Below, in pieces: positions 52,201 through 63,563 of a stretch of DNA of 64,000 nt. The notes under the pieces are model-generated. The model made no database searches. It was not told the origin of the DNA and saw only the letters and a list, made by a program, of their open reading frames with translations. Position numbers and translations under genes: made by a program. Numbering within the stretch: the first letter of the stretch is position 1; each line of letters begins with the position of its first letter. Source of the stretch: Octopus vulgaris (lineage: Eukaryota); NCBI GenBank assembly GCA_951406725.2, contig OX597823.1, positions 36,270,001-36,334,000 of the forward strand, read 5' to 3'.

Positions 52201-55200
52201 TAAAGGGTTAAACATGAAAGCCATCAGTAACGGTGTAACTTCACCTTCAGTGGCACCCACCATTTCATTTCTACAATATATTACAACACATCAAGTGAAT
52301 TCAATTCTAGATGTCAGCACAATTAACAAAGAGGAGGGAAGAATAGGGCAACAAGCAGCTCAGGTTTTTAGCGAAAGACGTCCAGCAAGTCTATAAAATG
52401 TAATGTGGCACTGGTTTCTATATTGAGCAGCTAAGAGTCTATTGACGACAAAAATAAAACTAGTTTGCCATGAGAATCTATGCCAAAGTCAGTCTAGACA
52501 ATATAAAACACACGTGTATGTGCAAGAACATTGAATTATATGAGCTTAAATATGCAGAGAATAAATTAATAATAAAGTTATAGAGAAACTGTAACAGCTT
52601 GTGAGAGTCACAATAGATTACAAGACCACCCACACAACCACAAATCTCAATCACTATACTAGATCTGTCAACACAGTGCAACTGCAGTCTGGCTGCAGTG
52701 CAACAAGCTAGCTGTTAACTGACCAACAGTTCACACTTAAAGAGAATGGTACACTAAAAGCATGCCAGGAATTCAGATAATAGCAATATAAATATTTGAA
52801 AAGAGGGGAGCTGGGGAGTTGAGTTGTTAGCATTTTAAATTATATTTCACATCTTTTTTTTTTTTCTATATTCATATATTTTAAAAATCAAGTATTTTAC
52901 TTAGATTCTCAATTGGTATGGTGCATTGAAGCTTGTCACTGTTTAGCAACCAAAATTCAAAACAGTATTAGGAACTGAGAGTAGAAGAATTAGTTGTTTT
53001 GATTAAATGTATAGTAAGTGACACTGGCTTTTATACTGCCTAATCATATGACTTAATCACTTGATTCTGCTGTCCAAAACAGTGCAATATTGGAATCTTG
53101 ACAACATTTCTCGATTTTCCAAACTTCTGGAGATGGAATAATTCAAAAGTGATTTTCTAAATCCAAAACCATGTCAACTTTTGATCCCTGACTGAGACAA
53201 TATTAATTCTAGGTGAGATATCTTCAGTGGAATTGGTGTAAAGAAAATGAAAGGTAAATGTCACTCAGGACAGAACAGCTGGTTATTACAAACAACATAC
53301 AATAAATCATAAGAAAATACCTGCATCTGCTATTACCAACATAAAAACTCTGATGCATACAAAACTATATCTGGTAGGAAACATGGACACTATGCTAGCT
53401 GTGCTAGGTGGTATCAAAAAGTTGCAGGACTAATCCTGTGGTGCGCCAACAAATGGCACACAGTTGCACATGCAGTGAGAGCTAGCAGTAGCCTTCATAA
53501 GGCAGTGTGCTGAGTGACATCACTGTGTTTACTGAGCAAGTTGTGAAATTTGTGTTTTTATGATCACATATATGTCGTAATCTGCAATTTTATGATGGAT
53601 AGGAACAGAAAGCCAATGTGAAAGTTTGCATTAAACTTGGAAAGTCTGCTACAGAGACATTGAACATGCTTTGGCAAGCGTAAAGTGATGAGGCAATGGG
53701 TCGTACACAATGTTTTGAATGGCATGGGTACTTCAAAAGCAGAAGAACATTCCTGGAAAACGATGAGTAATCTAGAAGACCTGCCAAAAGTGTCATCCCT
53801 GGAATTGTGCATTGAGGATTTGTCCCTCAGGATCAGGCCGTCAACTGAGATTTCTACTGTGACATTTTGAAGCATTTCACCAAGGATATTTGGTGAAAGT
53901 GACCGGATCTGTGAAACACAAAGTATTGGATTCTTCACAACAATGCACCCAGTCGCTGAGCTCTCCTCACTCGTGAGTTTCTTGCCAAAAACCACATGAT
54001 ATTGCTTTCGCATTCACACTATTTGCCAGATTTAGCATGTGGACTTCCATTTCTTCTCCAAGATGAAAATGCAACTCAAAGGTTGCAGTTTTAACACAGT
54101 TGTCAAAATCAAGAGTGAATAGCAGGCAGTCCTTGATTTGTTTATGGAAAACAACTTCCAGGCTGGATTCCAAAAGTGGTAGGAACACTGGGACCAGTGT
54201 ATTGCTGCACAAGGTGACTATTTCAACGGAGATTATGTTAAAATTAAGGTAAATAAGTTATTTTTTTTTGTTAAACATAACTAGTCCTGGAACTTTTTGA
54301 TACCACGTTGTAACACATCTGTAAATGAACCCTAAAGACAGCATATCAGAGTATATTTGATGGTTTATTCTATCTTTCTAGGAATTTCAGTTGGAGTATG
54401 ATCACACAAATCAATACTGAGGATTACATTAAGCTAATTTCAACAGCCTCATTAAGATAAACAGCAAAATAGACCAGACCATGTAAAGCATTCTCTTTTG
54501 TTTGCTTTCTTCCTTCTCTACATCAATGACCAACTCACTACCACATCTAACAAGGACATAACCTTACACTCCTCCTCCACTTAAGCAGATATAACCTTAC
54601 ACACCTCAATTATCTACACCAAACCTGCATAGATTCCATAAACAAAGACCTTGAGAGACCCAACCCCTCTGGGGTCATACCAACCTTATGTCTTAACAGT
54701 AAACAAATAAAAAAAAGCTTAAGCACTACTCATAATAAAAAACACCACTGCACCACTCTCTCCCAACTAACCATGAACAGTATTTAGCTAGATCCCTTAT
54801 AGTTGCTCTCTAAATGCTGGTTTCACAACCATTGAAAATCTCTTCTGGCAAAACGAAAATCCTTAGAATAACTAGGACCACTTCTGAAAAATTGTTTTTT
54901 TTTATTCTGCAGGGCCAGAAAACATTTCAACTTATCAGTGGCTGACATTCTACAAGACTCAAGTGATGTCCACAACTGAGCACTGCTCCCACATCTGGCA
55001 CCATGCTGCTGCTAAAACCATCCCGGATCACATCCAGAGAAGTATCATTCAACTCATCCAATCACTAGCCTAGATTCATTCCAGCCTCTGACCCATAAGA
55101 ATGCAGTTTCTTCTGTCTTTTCTATCATTACTATAAAGATAACTGTTCCATGGCATGGCTGGTCTCATTTCTCCACGATTCAGACACCCAGGATCCACTT

Positions 55201-58200
55201 GTTACTCTTGGTGTACCCTACACCTTTGGTTCCCACAAACTATTATGCCCAGTCCTTTCTCCCCAGAACATCAGCACTCAGGAATCTTTTCCTGTTATCA
55301 GTATAAACAGCATTAATGGTATCAAGCTCACAAGAATTGGATAATACTTCTTCCTCCAGACTCAACAAGTAAAATAATGATCCTTTGATTCTACAATCTA
55401 CCATCCTGTATAATTGTGGGGGCAGGGAATCATCCCTAAACATTTATCTGTATAGGGAAATGCCAAAGCAAGCAGCCATCAATTATTTAATTCATTATAG
55501 AAAATATTTTAAAACATACACAAAAAAAGTAACACCATTTTATTAAATAAAGGCATTATATGAACATACTTGCATATTCCTTTTCTGTATTGATCTCCTT
55601 GGCCAAATATACCTGAAGATATAAAAGTAAAATTGAAATTAGTTATAAAGTGATCTAATTTTACATTTTATTAAAATTTAATCCTGGTATATAATTCCCA
55701 TAATAATCGATGACTTCCATTTAGTCATCAGTTTTTTTTTTTATTCCATTGGTGAAAATCTCATTTGGTTTTGATGAGAAGGAAGAGAAGTTGGTTTTAA
55801 CCTTTTTGGACCTTTGGAGTACCAATCCATCTAAATGATTCTTTAGGCTTCAAAACATGGTAATCAGAAGGAGTGAGGTTGAAAGAATAAGGCAGGTGAG
55901 AGATTTTTTCCCAGCCAAGTTCTTGATTTTTTTCTAATGTAATTTGTGCATTATCATGATGAAACCCCACACCCTTATGATTCCCCAATGCAGGCTTTTT
56001 TTCCTCTCAGAGCAGCATCCAAATGCTCTAATTGTTAGTAATAGGTGTGGGCAGTAATTGTTGCATTAGCTGGTAGCAGCTCAAAGTAGAGGACTCCAGT
56101 GCAATCCCGCCAAACAAAGAACCATTTTTGCATGGAGTCCTTTTTTGGGTTGTGGCTTAGCCTGTACTCCACAATTAAGACATTGCCTGCATTGCTTAAC
56201 ATTTTCATAAAAAATGTACTTTTCACCACCAGTCACTAATCTGTCCAAAAATGCTGCAATACATTCCCGAGAGCGAAGAGATGAGCATATGTCCACTCGT
56301 GATTTTCAGCAGGCTTCTGTCAAACAATGGGGAATCCATTTTCTGAGTTTGGGCACCTTTTCAAGCTGATGAAGATGCCAGTGAACAGTTGAATGGTTTG
56401 AATTGAGCTTGCTTGCGAATTCTTCAACTGACACACCATTATCCTTCTGAAGCTCAAACAAAAGAAGCTAATCCTCAAATTCAACAGGGCGTTGTATTTG
56501 TGGCCTCTCTCTTAGGGTGAGATCACCATTTTTGAACTCTGCAAAACACCTTCTGTAACTTCTTTCATTCAAGTACTCTCCCCAGAAGTGGATATTTTGG
56601 ATTGCTTCTGCTGCACAGTTCCCTTTTTGAACTCAAAAGCATTATGTGCCTTAAATGCTCCTTCAATACGTTCATCTTTTAAGGGTTAATATTAGTAATT
56701 AATTCAGTCAGATGATTCTGTAAAAAGAAATTATGCTAATTAAAAGGTTTCTAAATTTATGAGTATCAATCAATACCATTTGACATTTCGGACATTATTA
56801 ATGGGATGACTTGATATATGAAAGAGTTGTCACATGGTCATATGAGATATCACCACATAAGAGGGATCTATTTAGAGTGCAGAATTAATGCCCATAAGAG
56901 CAATAAGTGAGATTTTGTGAAAGAGGAAGTTATTCAACAAATCATGGGAACAATAATCAATGAGTTTAGTGTTAAGAAACTGCTGGAAGAGGTCCCACCT
57001 TCTAGTAAGCCTAATAGAGTAGGTTTACCCTGAAATATTTTCTATCTGGCAAGTATATGTATTTTTTCCATTCATTTCAGCTATGCAGCTGTTGTCATGT
57101 TAAAGGATTTTGTAACCGAACAATAAATATTATGGCATTACTTGATACAGTATGTATGCATATACACTCCAGATGAAGATAATAGTGGTCATGGTAATGT
57201 GTGTGTATAGGATCAATTGGAGCTGAACTTAAATGTTATGCACCATCAATAAGTAAATATGATAATGTTTATGTGGCATACATTCCTAATCCATACTGCT
57301 TAATCATCAATTTTTGACCTGTGTCAGACCATTAGTTAAATGCAGTACTGAATAATGGCCATCCATCATTCCAAGAGTTAAAAAATAACATCTAACTACA
57401 CATCTTGCATATAAACTATAGACTAAGTGAATTTCCATCAAGTGGTTTGAATAAAGAAGAGATAAGTTTATAAAACTTACTTCCTGGTTGCTACAGAGGA
57501 TAACAAAAAATATACAAAACAAAGAATGTATTGTAGTGAGTTAAATTAGTGCAATCATGTGCACGTGTCAGTCCTAATCTTGCCTGTCTGCCTGATCATC
57601 CCTGTTCTATATCATCTCTTTCAGTTTCCATCATGATCCATATCTATGTTATACATCTATTAAACTCATGCCCCCTTTTCTGGTCTGTTGCCACAACCTT
57701 CATGTCAATCTTTTGTCTATGTGATATCAATATTTCTATATCTATTGATACTTCTCCCTCTTTAACTATCACTATTTCATTGTCTCTAACAAGTCACAGA
57801 AATAATAGCACTCCTACCCACCGGCCATTCAATCAACTTTGTAACTAGAAATTTTAATTCCTTTTATAGTTTTAGCAACATAAAATTACAAAAATAGAAA
57901 TATCACTTTCACCACAGAAGAAAAAAAAAATGCATATTTTATGTAGGAGGGACTTTATTTTTGCTGGAAGCGATGTCTTTACAAAAGGGAGGTGTTGTTG
58001 ATAAGTAACATTTAAGTTATAGGTGTTGTAGTAGGGAGAAAAGGCTAAATCTGATATGTGGCTTATAAAATATGTTTAGAAGACAGTGGTTTACAGACTG
58101 TTAAGGACAGTGATTTCTAAAGGAAGAGCTAATAGATGAAGAGATGAAAAATATGGAACCATTGTCAGCTATACATGATAATCATAGCCAACTACTGTAA

Positions 58201-59184
58201 AATATTTAATCAACATCACTGTACCATCTTCAACTAACAAGCAAAGGATAAAGATTCATGAAAAACATGCTTCCAACTGAAGAGCCATTTAGAAGCTCAG
58301 CTTTTGTAAGGTTGTAACAGAGTGAGAGACTCAAAGAATTGCTAGATAAAGTAGTTTCTGGTCAGTTGTGCTTCAGTAAAAAATACAATGTTGAGGTAAC
58401 TGAGTAAATATTTGAAAGTAGTCCACTAAGTTCAGCATTTAACCATTGCAAAGCTGCATCAATCAGCTGTGTTACATGCTGGCATCAGTCAAATGGCTTC
58501 ACAGGATCCTATGAGTCCAAGGATTGCATACTACTTCAGTGTCTAATATGGCATGGTTTCTATGGCTGGATGCCCTTCCTTATACCAACTATAGAGTGTA
58601 TACTGGGTGTTATTTTCTTGCTACCAGCATTAGTGAGATTACCACAGTTTGCTAGATTACAAGACCTGAGAGAAAGGGCCAGAGCAGAACAGATTTCTTG
58701 GTGTAGAAGGGCCACATAACTACTCACATTTTAGAAGAGATAAAAATAGAAGTGATAGAGTTTTTTTTTTTATGTGTATCTTCAAGGTATGAAGCAAATA
58801 TAAGTATATGCAAGAATGAATGTGGACATATCAGAGGTTATGTGCACAATCAGAGAAATGTGAATACATGTAATGGTAATATAGATTTACCAAATGACAA
58901 GGAATATCGAAATTTTAAATGTATTGAAAAGGATAACTTACGGTTGAAAAGGATCCTTCCCCAATAACTTTTCCAAATATGAAATCATTGGGAGTCTTCT
59001 TGCCAGATGGCCTCTTGGCAAGGGTGGTGGGTGGGTCTACAGAGTGGTCCTTGGACATTCGAGTTGGCCCAGCAGAGACTAGTGGAATTGGTGCTTGAGC
59101 TGCAGTTGGAGGATACACCTTGGTTTTTGGTTTAGAACAAACACTGTTGGTTGTTTGGGATCTCTGTGACACCAGGCTAACGGA
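31108..59184 (-). CDS. PDPK1: 3-phosphoinositide-dependent protein kinase 1 (spliced, 5'-partial; 14 coding exons, 1548 nt including stop)
   Basis: Exons 58942-59184, 55570-55612, 51069-51206, 46423-46567, 45192-45310, 44757-44856, 41661-41729, 40916-41012, 38915-39091, 37726-37772, 34598-34712, 33132-33229, 32233-32287, 31108-31209 all have AG/GT ends with compatible phases. Motifs: [47 protein letters not shown], and PH domain [29 protein letters not shown]...[11 protein letters not shown]. Confidence 0.97.
32233..32287 (-). CDS. PDPK1: PDPK1 PH exon [18 protein letters not shown]
   Basis: atatctag|G TCA GAA...CAT ACA|gtaagt, 55 nt. Confidence 0.94.
33132..33229 (-). CDS. PDPK1: PDPK1 PH exon [32 protein letters not shown](W)
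   Basis: cttacag|GGT CTT...CCA TG|gtaggt, 98 nt. Confidence 0.96.
33410..34178. mobile_element. Mariner-derived fold-back remnant (two 5' ends in opposite orientation)
   Basis: [18 protein letters not shown] on plus strand; agtgaagc..cttggcacagattg mirrored at ~34090-34120; minus-strand transposase remnants between. Confidence 0.65.
34321..34480. repeat. Minisatellite, ~5 x 31-33 bp (tgtatgccccagatacaNacN..tgca)
   Basis: Five degenerate units visible. Confidence 0.85.
34598..34712 (-). CDS. PDPK1: PDPK1 exon [38 protein letters not shown]
   Basis: cattgtag|G ATT ACT...CGT AAG|gtaagt, 115 nt; start of PH domain. Confidence 0.93.
34877..35080 (+). mobile_element. TTAA (piggyBac-type) MITE
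   Basis: ttaaCCCTTTAG...CTAAAGGGctaa; same family as 51985-52211. Confidence 0.8.
35352..35626 (-). mobile_element. tRNA-headed short element carrying a hammerhead ribozyme motif
   Basis: A box TGGCGTAGTGG (35612-35602), B box GTTCGAATC (35567-35559), hammerhead core at 35478-35433. Confidence 0.8.
35433..35478 (-). ncRNA. Minimal type I hammerhead ribozyme motif
   Basis: GACAC-CUGAAGA-A-GGCUG(loop)CAGCU-GAAA-C-GUU-GUGUU: stem I GACAC/GUGUU, stem II GGCUG/CAGCU, palindromic ACGU in place of stem III. Confidence 0.75.
36600..37450 (+). mobile_element. Old CR1/Jockey-group LINE RT remnant
   Basis: Degenerate VAVDI.K, VPQGS.L and HSYAHD traces; similar remnant at ~54480-55330. Confidence 0.5.
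37726..37772 (-). CDS. PDPK1: PDPK1 linker exon [15 protein letters not shown](V)
   Basis: tgtatcag|CCT GGA...ACA GT|gtaagt, 47 nt; supplies the phase needed by the next exon. Confidence 0.85.
38280..38660 (-). mobile_element. tRNA-derived SINE with RTE-like tail
   Basis: Reverse complement of the 28524 family. Confidence 0.72.
38915..39091 (-). CDS. PDPK1: PDPK1 exon [59 protein letters not shown]
   Basis: ttttcag|GTA TTC...TAT CGG|gtttgt, 177 nt. Confidence 0.92.
40916..41012 (-). CDS. PDPK1: PDPK1 exon [32 protein letters not shown]
   Basis: cttttag|C CAT GAA...TTA TTG|gtgagt, 97 nt. Confidence 0.95.
41661..41729 (-). CDS. PDPK1: PDPK1 exon [22 protein letters not shown]
   Basis: ctttcag|C TCT GAC...GGA AA|gtgagt, 69 nt. 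Confidence 0.95.
43003..44087 (+). mobile_element. 5'-truncated RTE LINE (ORF C-terminus + 3' UTR with ggtggcacgtaaaaagcacc sub-repeats)
   Basis: ORF 43093-43518 ([34 protein letters not shown]); (GAT)n tail. Confidence 0.93.
44088..44312 (+). mobile_element. tRNA-derived SINE with Nin/Deu-type domain, inserted in the RTE (GAT)n tail
   Basis: agctggcagaatcgttagc head, gagttcaaattc B box, gcctttcatcctttcggggtcgattaaataagtacc core. Confidence 0.8.
44757..44856 (-). CDS. PDPK1: PDPK1 exon (D)[32 protein letters not shown]
   Basis: tttctag|AT GGC...AGC AG|gtgagt, 100 nt; activation segment. Confidence 0.95.
45192..45310 (-). CDS. PDPK1: PDPK1 exon [39 protein letters not shown]
   Basis: ttttag|G GAT TTG...ACA G|gtaaat, 119 nt; catalytic loop and DFG. 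Confidence 0.95.
46423..46567 (-). CDS. PDPK1: PDPK1 exon [47 protein letters not shown](R)
   Basis: ctctag|AT TTT...CAC AG|gtttgt, 145 nt. Confidence 0.95.
46672..47382 (-). mobile_element. Adjacent SINE (46672-46995) and RTE 3' fragment (47008-47382)
   Basis: Reverse-complement matches to the SINE head and RTE tail families in this window. Confidence 0.7.
47852..50222 (-). mobile_element. 5'-truncated RTE LINE (RT domain to tail)
   Basis: [56 protein letters not shown]; (ATC/GTC)n tail. Confidence 0.93.
51069..51206 (-). CDS. PDPK1: PDPK1 exon (I)[45 protein letters not shown](Y)
   Basis: cttttcag|TC AAA GTG...TTA T|gtatcc, 138 nt. Confidence 0.95.
51985..52211 (+). mobile_element. TTAA (piggyBac-type) MITE, complete
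   Basis: TTAA|CCCTTTAG...CTAAAGGG|TTAA. Confidence 0.85.
53404..54312 (+). mobile_element. Decayed, internally deleted mariner
   Basis: TIRs gtggtatcaaaaagtt.caggacta / tagtcctggaactttttgataccac; [23 protein letters not shown]; [10 protein letters not shown]. Confidence 0.85.
55570..55612 (-). CDS. PDPK1: PDPK1 exon [14 protein letters not shown](I), 43 nt
   Basis: cttcag|GTA TAT TTG...TAT GCA A|gtatgt. Confidence 0.92.
55688..56818 (-). mobile_element. Decayed mariner
   Basis: [32 protein letters not shown]; degenerate TIRs tcccat(t)aataat. Confidence 0.85.
57481..57490 (-). other. Candidate 10-nt micro-exon in PDPK1 intron
   Basis: ttctttgttttgtatattttttgttatcctctgtag|CAACCAGGAA|gtaagt. 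Confidence 0.4.
58942..59184 (-). CDS. PDPK1: PDPK1 exon: N-terminal region to Gly-rich loop (..[15 protein letters not shown])
   Basis: ctttag|TCC GTT AGC...TCA ACC|gtaagt, 243 nt; acceptor could alternatively be the TAG 8 nt further in. Confidence 0.88.
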
Positions 59185-61259
59185 CTAAAGTAAAATATAT
59201 ATATATATATACAGATATATAAGTAAAATATATACATATACAGATATATAAGTAAAACAACTTCAGATTTATATAGATTTATTTTAATAAAAACATTTTA
59301 AGTATTAACAATTTACTTCAAATTTCATCTTTGTAAGATCATCAAATCCCTCAACTGATGTATACAAGGGAGAAAACAGTGTGTGTGTGTAAAAGCATGA
59401 ATGTCATTTCCACTTCATACAAGATCAGCTGAGTAGAACCCCCCCAATTGATGTCTTGCTTACATTCCCTGTAAACCATGTTTTGTAGCAGTGTGATTTT
59501 GAAGTTTAATGGAATGAAAAATCTTTTACTTGAAAAACAATTAAGGATTGGTGATCAGAAGAACCAAGCTGTGAAATGTTTCACATAAGTACTTGTTCAA
59601 CTGGTGCCAGCATGGAAAAATAGACGTTAAAGGAACAATTTGGGTGACTTTGCAGGAACTTTGCATATTCGTTCCTCTTACAGATAATAGTGTGGAAGCA
59701 ATGCTGTTTATTGTGGTAATTTAAGAAACATTTTTCTATGATAGTCATAAAATTGACTATTTTGGAGTTTGGGTAGTCTAATTCGACCTCTGTTGGAAAA
59801 TTATGGCAGATCACTAAGAGAGAAATAAATTGCAAAACTTGTAAAAATCTTTGGCACAAAACAAATTTTGAGGGAAAGAATGTAGACAATTTCATTAATC
59901 CAGTATTTAACTGGTATTTACTTTATCAATCAGAATGTTAAAATGCATGAACCAAGTACTGCAAGTTTTTAAATTTAGTTGTACAAATTTTCTATAGAAT
60001 TTACAGCCAGCACTGGAAGTTATAATCTTTCATAAACAAATACATCCATGTAGCTGGTGCAGGTTCTCAATTCTATAGAAAGTCTATAGAGACCAATTTA
60101 AAAGACCAATTACGCTTCTAACATAGGTTAAGACAATATTGACTTGTAAACCTGTAATATACTTGATAGTATATTATAATTGCAAAATAAAATACTGTGT
60201 CCTTGCCAGCAATTAATAAGTACTGTAGGTATATGTGATACAATTCTTTATGGCAATCCTGTGTTAACAATTTAAAAACATGTGTTAGAAGCATTAATTA
60301 TTAAAAAAATGGTTATCAGTAAACAAAGAAGTTTTTTTTATATATACTATTAGCATATTTAATGTTAGAAACAATTTAGCTGTTAATAATATTGGGGTTA
60401 TTAACCCCAAATATGTTTGGCAATGTAGTATGTAGTCACTATGAAAGGTTTTGTAAAGTTCATAAGTTGGGAGGGTATCTCATTTATGTGTAGCGATTGT
60501 GTGAATGCAACTGTTAAAGTTGTCCCTAATTGAGATGTTTTAAAGGTCTTTGTTCATAGAAAGGGTTAGTTTCTTCTAGGATTCATCATCATTTAATGTC
60601 TGTTTTCCATACTGGTATAACCCAAGAAAATTATGATCCTCTGGATCTATAGGAGTAGAAGTTGGTTTATTTTTGGAGCTCTGATTATGTAGGTAATGTA
60701 CTATAAGATGGTAGTAATAATTAAAGTAGAAGTAGGTGACAGAAAATTAAGGTCATACACTATAACATGGGTGAAACCAGTGTGAAGTATGGAAGATGGA
60801 TCTATCTCAAATTATCCAGTTGCTTATCCCTGTCCCCACCAGAAGTAATTTTCTGAAAGAATTTTAAAAATGCAAGGCACCTAACTTAAAGCATATCTCC
60901 TATTCTCTAACATTTACATCCATTCCAATAGTCTATAAAAATAAAATAAATGAAATTTCAACAATCCAAACTTTTGGTCGAACTGCTGCAACTGCATATT
61001 AACTAGCTGTATCACCACTGCATTCAGTTTTGCTAACAAACAAAACTAATTAAACATTAAAACACTAATGATAGACTGACACAAAGAGGTTGGTGGAAGG
61101 AAAAACCAGATATGAACACACACACAAACACATCAGTACACAGGTGTTTAAATTGTTTACATTTCTGTACATGCAAACATTTAAAACCTAATAAACAAAT
61201 ATGCAACACCAACTGATTTTATATATATACTAGAGTTTTATATATATAGATATATATAT

Positions 61260-62275
61260 ATCATCATCATCCTCCTTTAATGCCCGCTTTCCATGCTAGA
61301 ATGGTTTGGATGATTTGACTGAGGACTGGCAAACCAGATGACTGTACCAGGCTCCAATCTGATCTGGCAGAGTTTCTACAGCTGGATGCCCTTCCTAACG
61401 CCAACCACTCTGAGAGTGTAGTGGGTGCTTTTACGTGCCATCGACACGAGACCTAGTCTGGCAGTACTGGCAACGGCCACGCTCAAAATGGTGTTTTTTT
61501 ACATGCCACCTGCACAGGAGTCAGCCCAGCAGCACTGGCAACAACCTCACTCGAATGTTTTGTTCACGTGTCACTGGCACAAGTGCCAGTAAGGCGAGGC
61601 TGGTAACGATCACGCTCAAATGGTGCTGTTTACATGCCCACCGGCAGTGATCCTACTCAGATGGAGCAGTTAGCGCTCCACTGGCAAGGGTGCCAGTCAT
61701 TGAATTTGGTTCAATTTCGATTTCACTTGCCCCAACAGGTCTTCGCAAGCAGAGTTTAGTGTCCAATGAAGGGAGGTTGGCATGGGTGCCAGTCGTCGAA
61801 TTTGGTTCGATTTCGATTTCACTTGCCTCAACAGGTTTTCGCAAGCAGAGTTTTGTGTCCAAAGAAGGAAAGGCATGCATAAGTGGGCTGGCTACATCCC
61901 TGGTAAAGGCCATGGGTTATGGTCTCACTTGTCCGCAGGGTCTTCTCACGCACAGCATATTTCCAAAGGTCTCGGTCACTAGCCATTGCCTCGGTGAGGC
62001 CTAATGTTCAAAGGTCGCGCTTCACCACCTCGTCCCAGGTTTTCCAGGGTCTACCTCTTCCACAGGTTCCCTCAACTGCTAGGGTGTGGCACTTTTTCAC
62101 ATAGCTATCTTCACCCATTCTTACCACATGACCATACCAGCACGATCATGTCTCTTGCACACCACAACTGATGCTTCTTAGGTCCAACTTTTCTCTCAAG
62201 GTAGTTACACTGTCGAGTATGTACACTGACATTACACATCCATCGGAGCATACTAGCTTCATTCCTTGCGAGCTC
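61260..62275 (-). mobile_element. 5'-truncated RTE LINE with ~96-bp tandem duplication in its 3' UTR
   Basis: [16 protein letters not shown]; ggtgccagtc..gaatttggttc..cgcaagcagagttt repeated at 61689 and 61785. Confidence 0.9.
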
Positions 62276-62339
62276 AGACATGTTATATATATATATATAT
62301 ATATAAATATATATACACACATACACACACACACACACA

Positions 62340-63250
62340 TACGGGTTGGACAAAATAATGGAAACACCTAGCATCATAATTTTGAAATATCTATAAAACT
62401 GTCAAAAGCTTGTTTATTTTTGTTTTATTACTAGTGTTGTTTAATATGTTTTTGCTAAAATTGCTGTTTCTTTTCAGATATCAGAAAAAGGTAATTAAAA
62501 TTCATTAAAATGACAGATCTATTGGACTTTCAAAGAGGTCAAATTGTTGGTGCCCGTATGGCAGGCGCTAGCCTAATGAAAACAGCCGAAATGTTTGGTG
62601 TATCAAGAAGCACCGTCTCGAAAGTAATGATAGCCTTTGAGAAAGAGGGAAAAACCTCCACATTGAAACAAAACTCTGGAAGAAAACCGAAACTTTCAGG
62701 TAGGGTTCGTCAGACTCTTACACAAATTGTTAGAAAGGATCACAAAAGTACAGCTCCCAAAATGACTGCAGAGCTTAATGACCACCTCGAGAACCCAGTT
62801 TCCACAAAAACTGTTTGCTGGGAGCTGCACAAAGCCAGATTTCATGGGAAGGCTTCAACCAGAAAACCACTACTTTTAAAAACAAATGTTGCAAAGCATT
62901 TAGAGTGGAGTAAAAACCTACAGAATTAGTCCCTAGAGCAGTGGAAGAATGTTATTTTCTCGGACAAGTCATCCTTTATGTTATTTCCAGCACTGGCTGA
63001 GTATGCATGTGGAAACAGCCAAAAGAAGCATGTGACCCAGACTGCCTTCTTCCAACTGTTAAATATGGAGGAGGATCTGCGATGATCTGGGGCCTATATC
63101 TTGGCAATCCACCAGCTCAATGGTTTCCCTTCATGACAGAATTAAGAGTCAAGACTATTTAAGCATTTTATCTGATCAAATTTATCCTATGGTGGCGAAA
63201 CTGTTTCCAGAGGAAAAAACAATCTTTCAGGATGATAATGCACCAATTTT
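62340..63250 (+). mobile_element. Tc1-family transposon, 3'-truncated pseudogene
   Basis: ta|cgggttggacaaaataatggaaacacct TIR; ORF 62510-62929 paired-like HTH, then QWKNVIFSDKS, TVKYGGGSAMIWG and FQDDNAP after a stop and frameshifts. Confidence 0.9.
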
Positions 63251-63522
63251 AAGAACTCTTTCTAGGTGAATATATTTGCTAAAAATGTCTTGAATTCAAT
63301 GGAATGTTATGGAGCACAGGGACAGCAGCTGTTAGTGCACGGCAGTGAAAAAAAAAAATCAACTAGTCAAAATGAATTGTGGAGGGAGAGTAAATAAATT
63401 GTTATGACCAGCATGCATAAAAATATACACACGTTTAAACTTTTACAGGGAAAAGGTTGATAGTAACTTAGAAATTCCGTTTGCCATCTGTTTGATGTTA
63501 AATTGCTTTTATATGATATAAA

Positions 63523-63563
<41 letters not shown>

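Noticed and set aside
60392-60410. Palindrome ttggggtta-t-taaccccaa
   Set aside because: Only 9-bp arms, isolated, compatible with chance in 64 kb.
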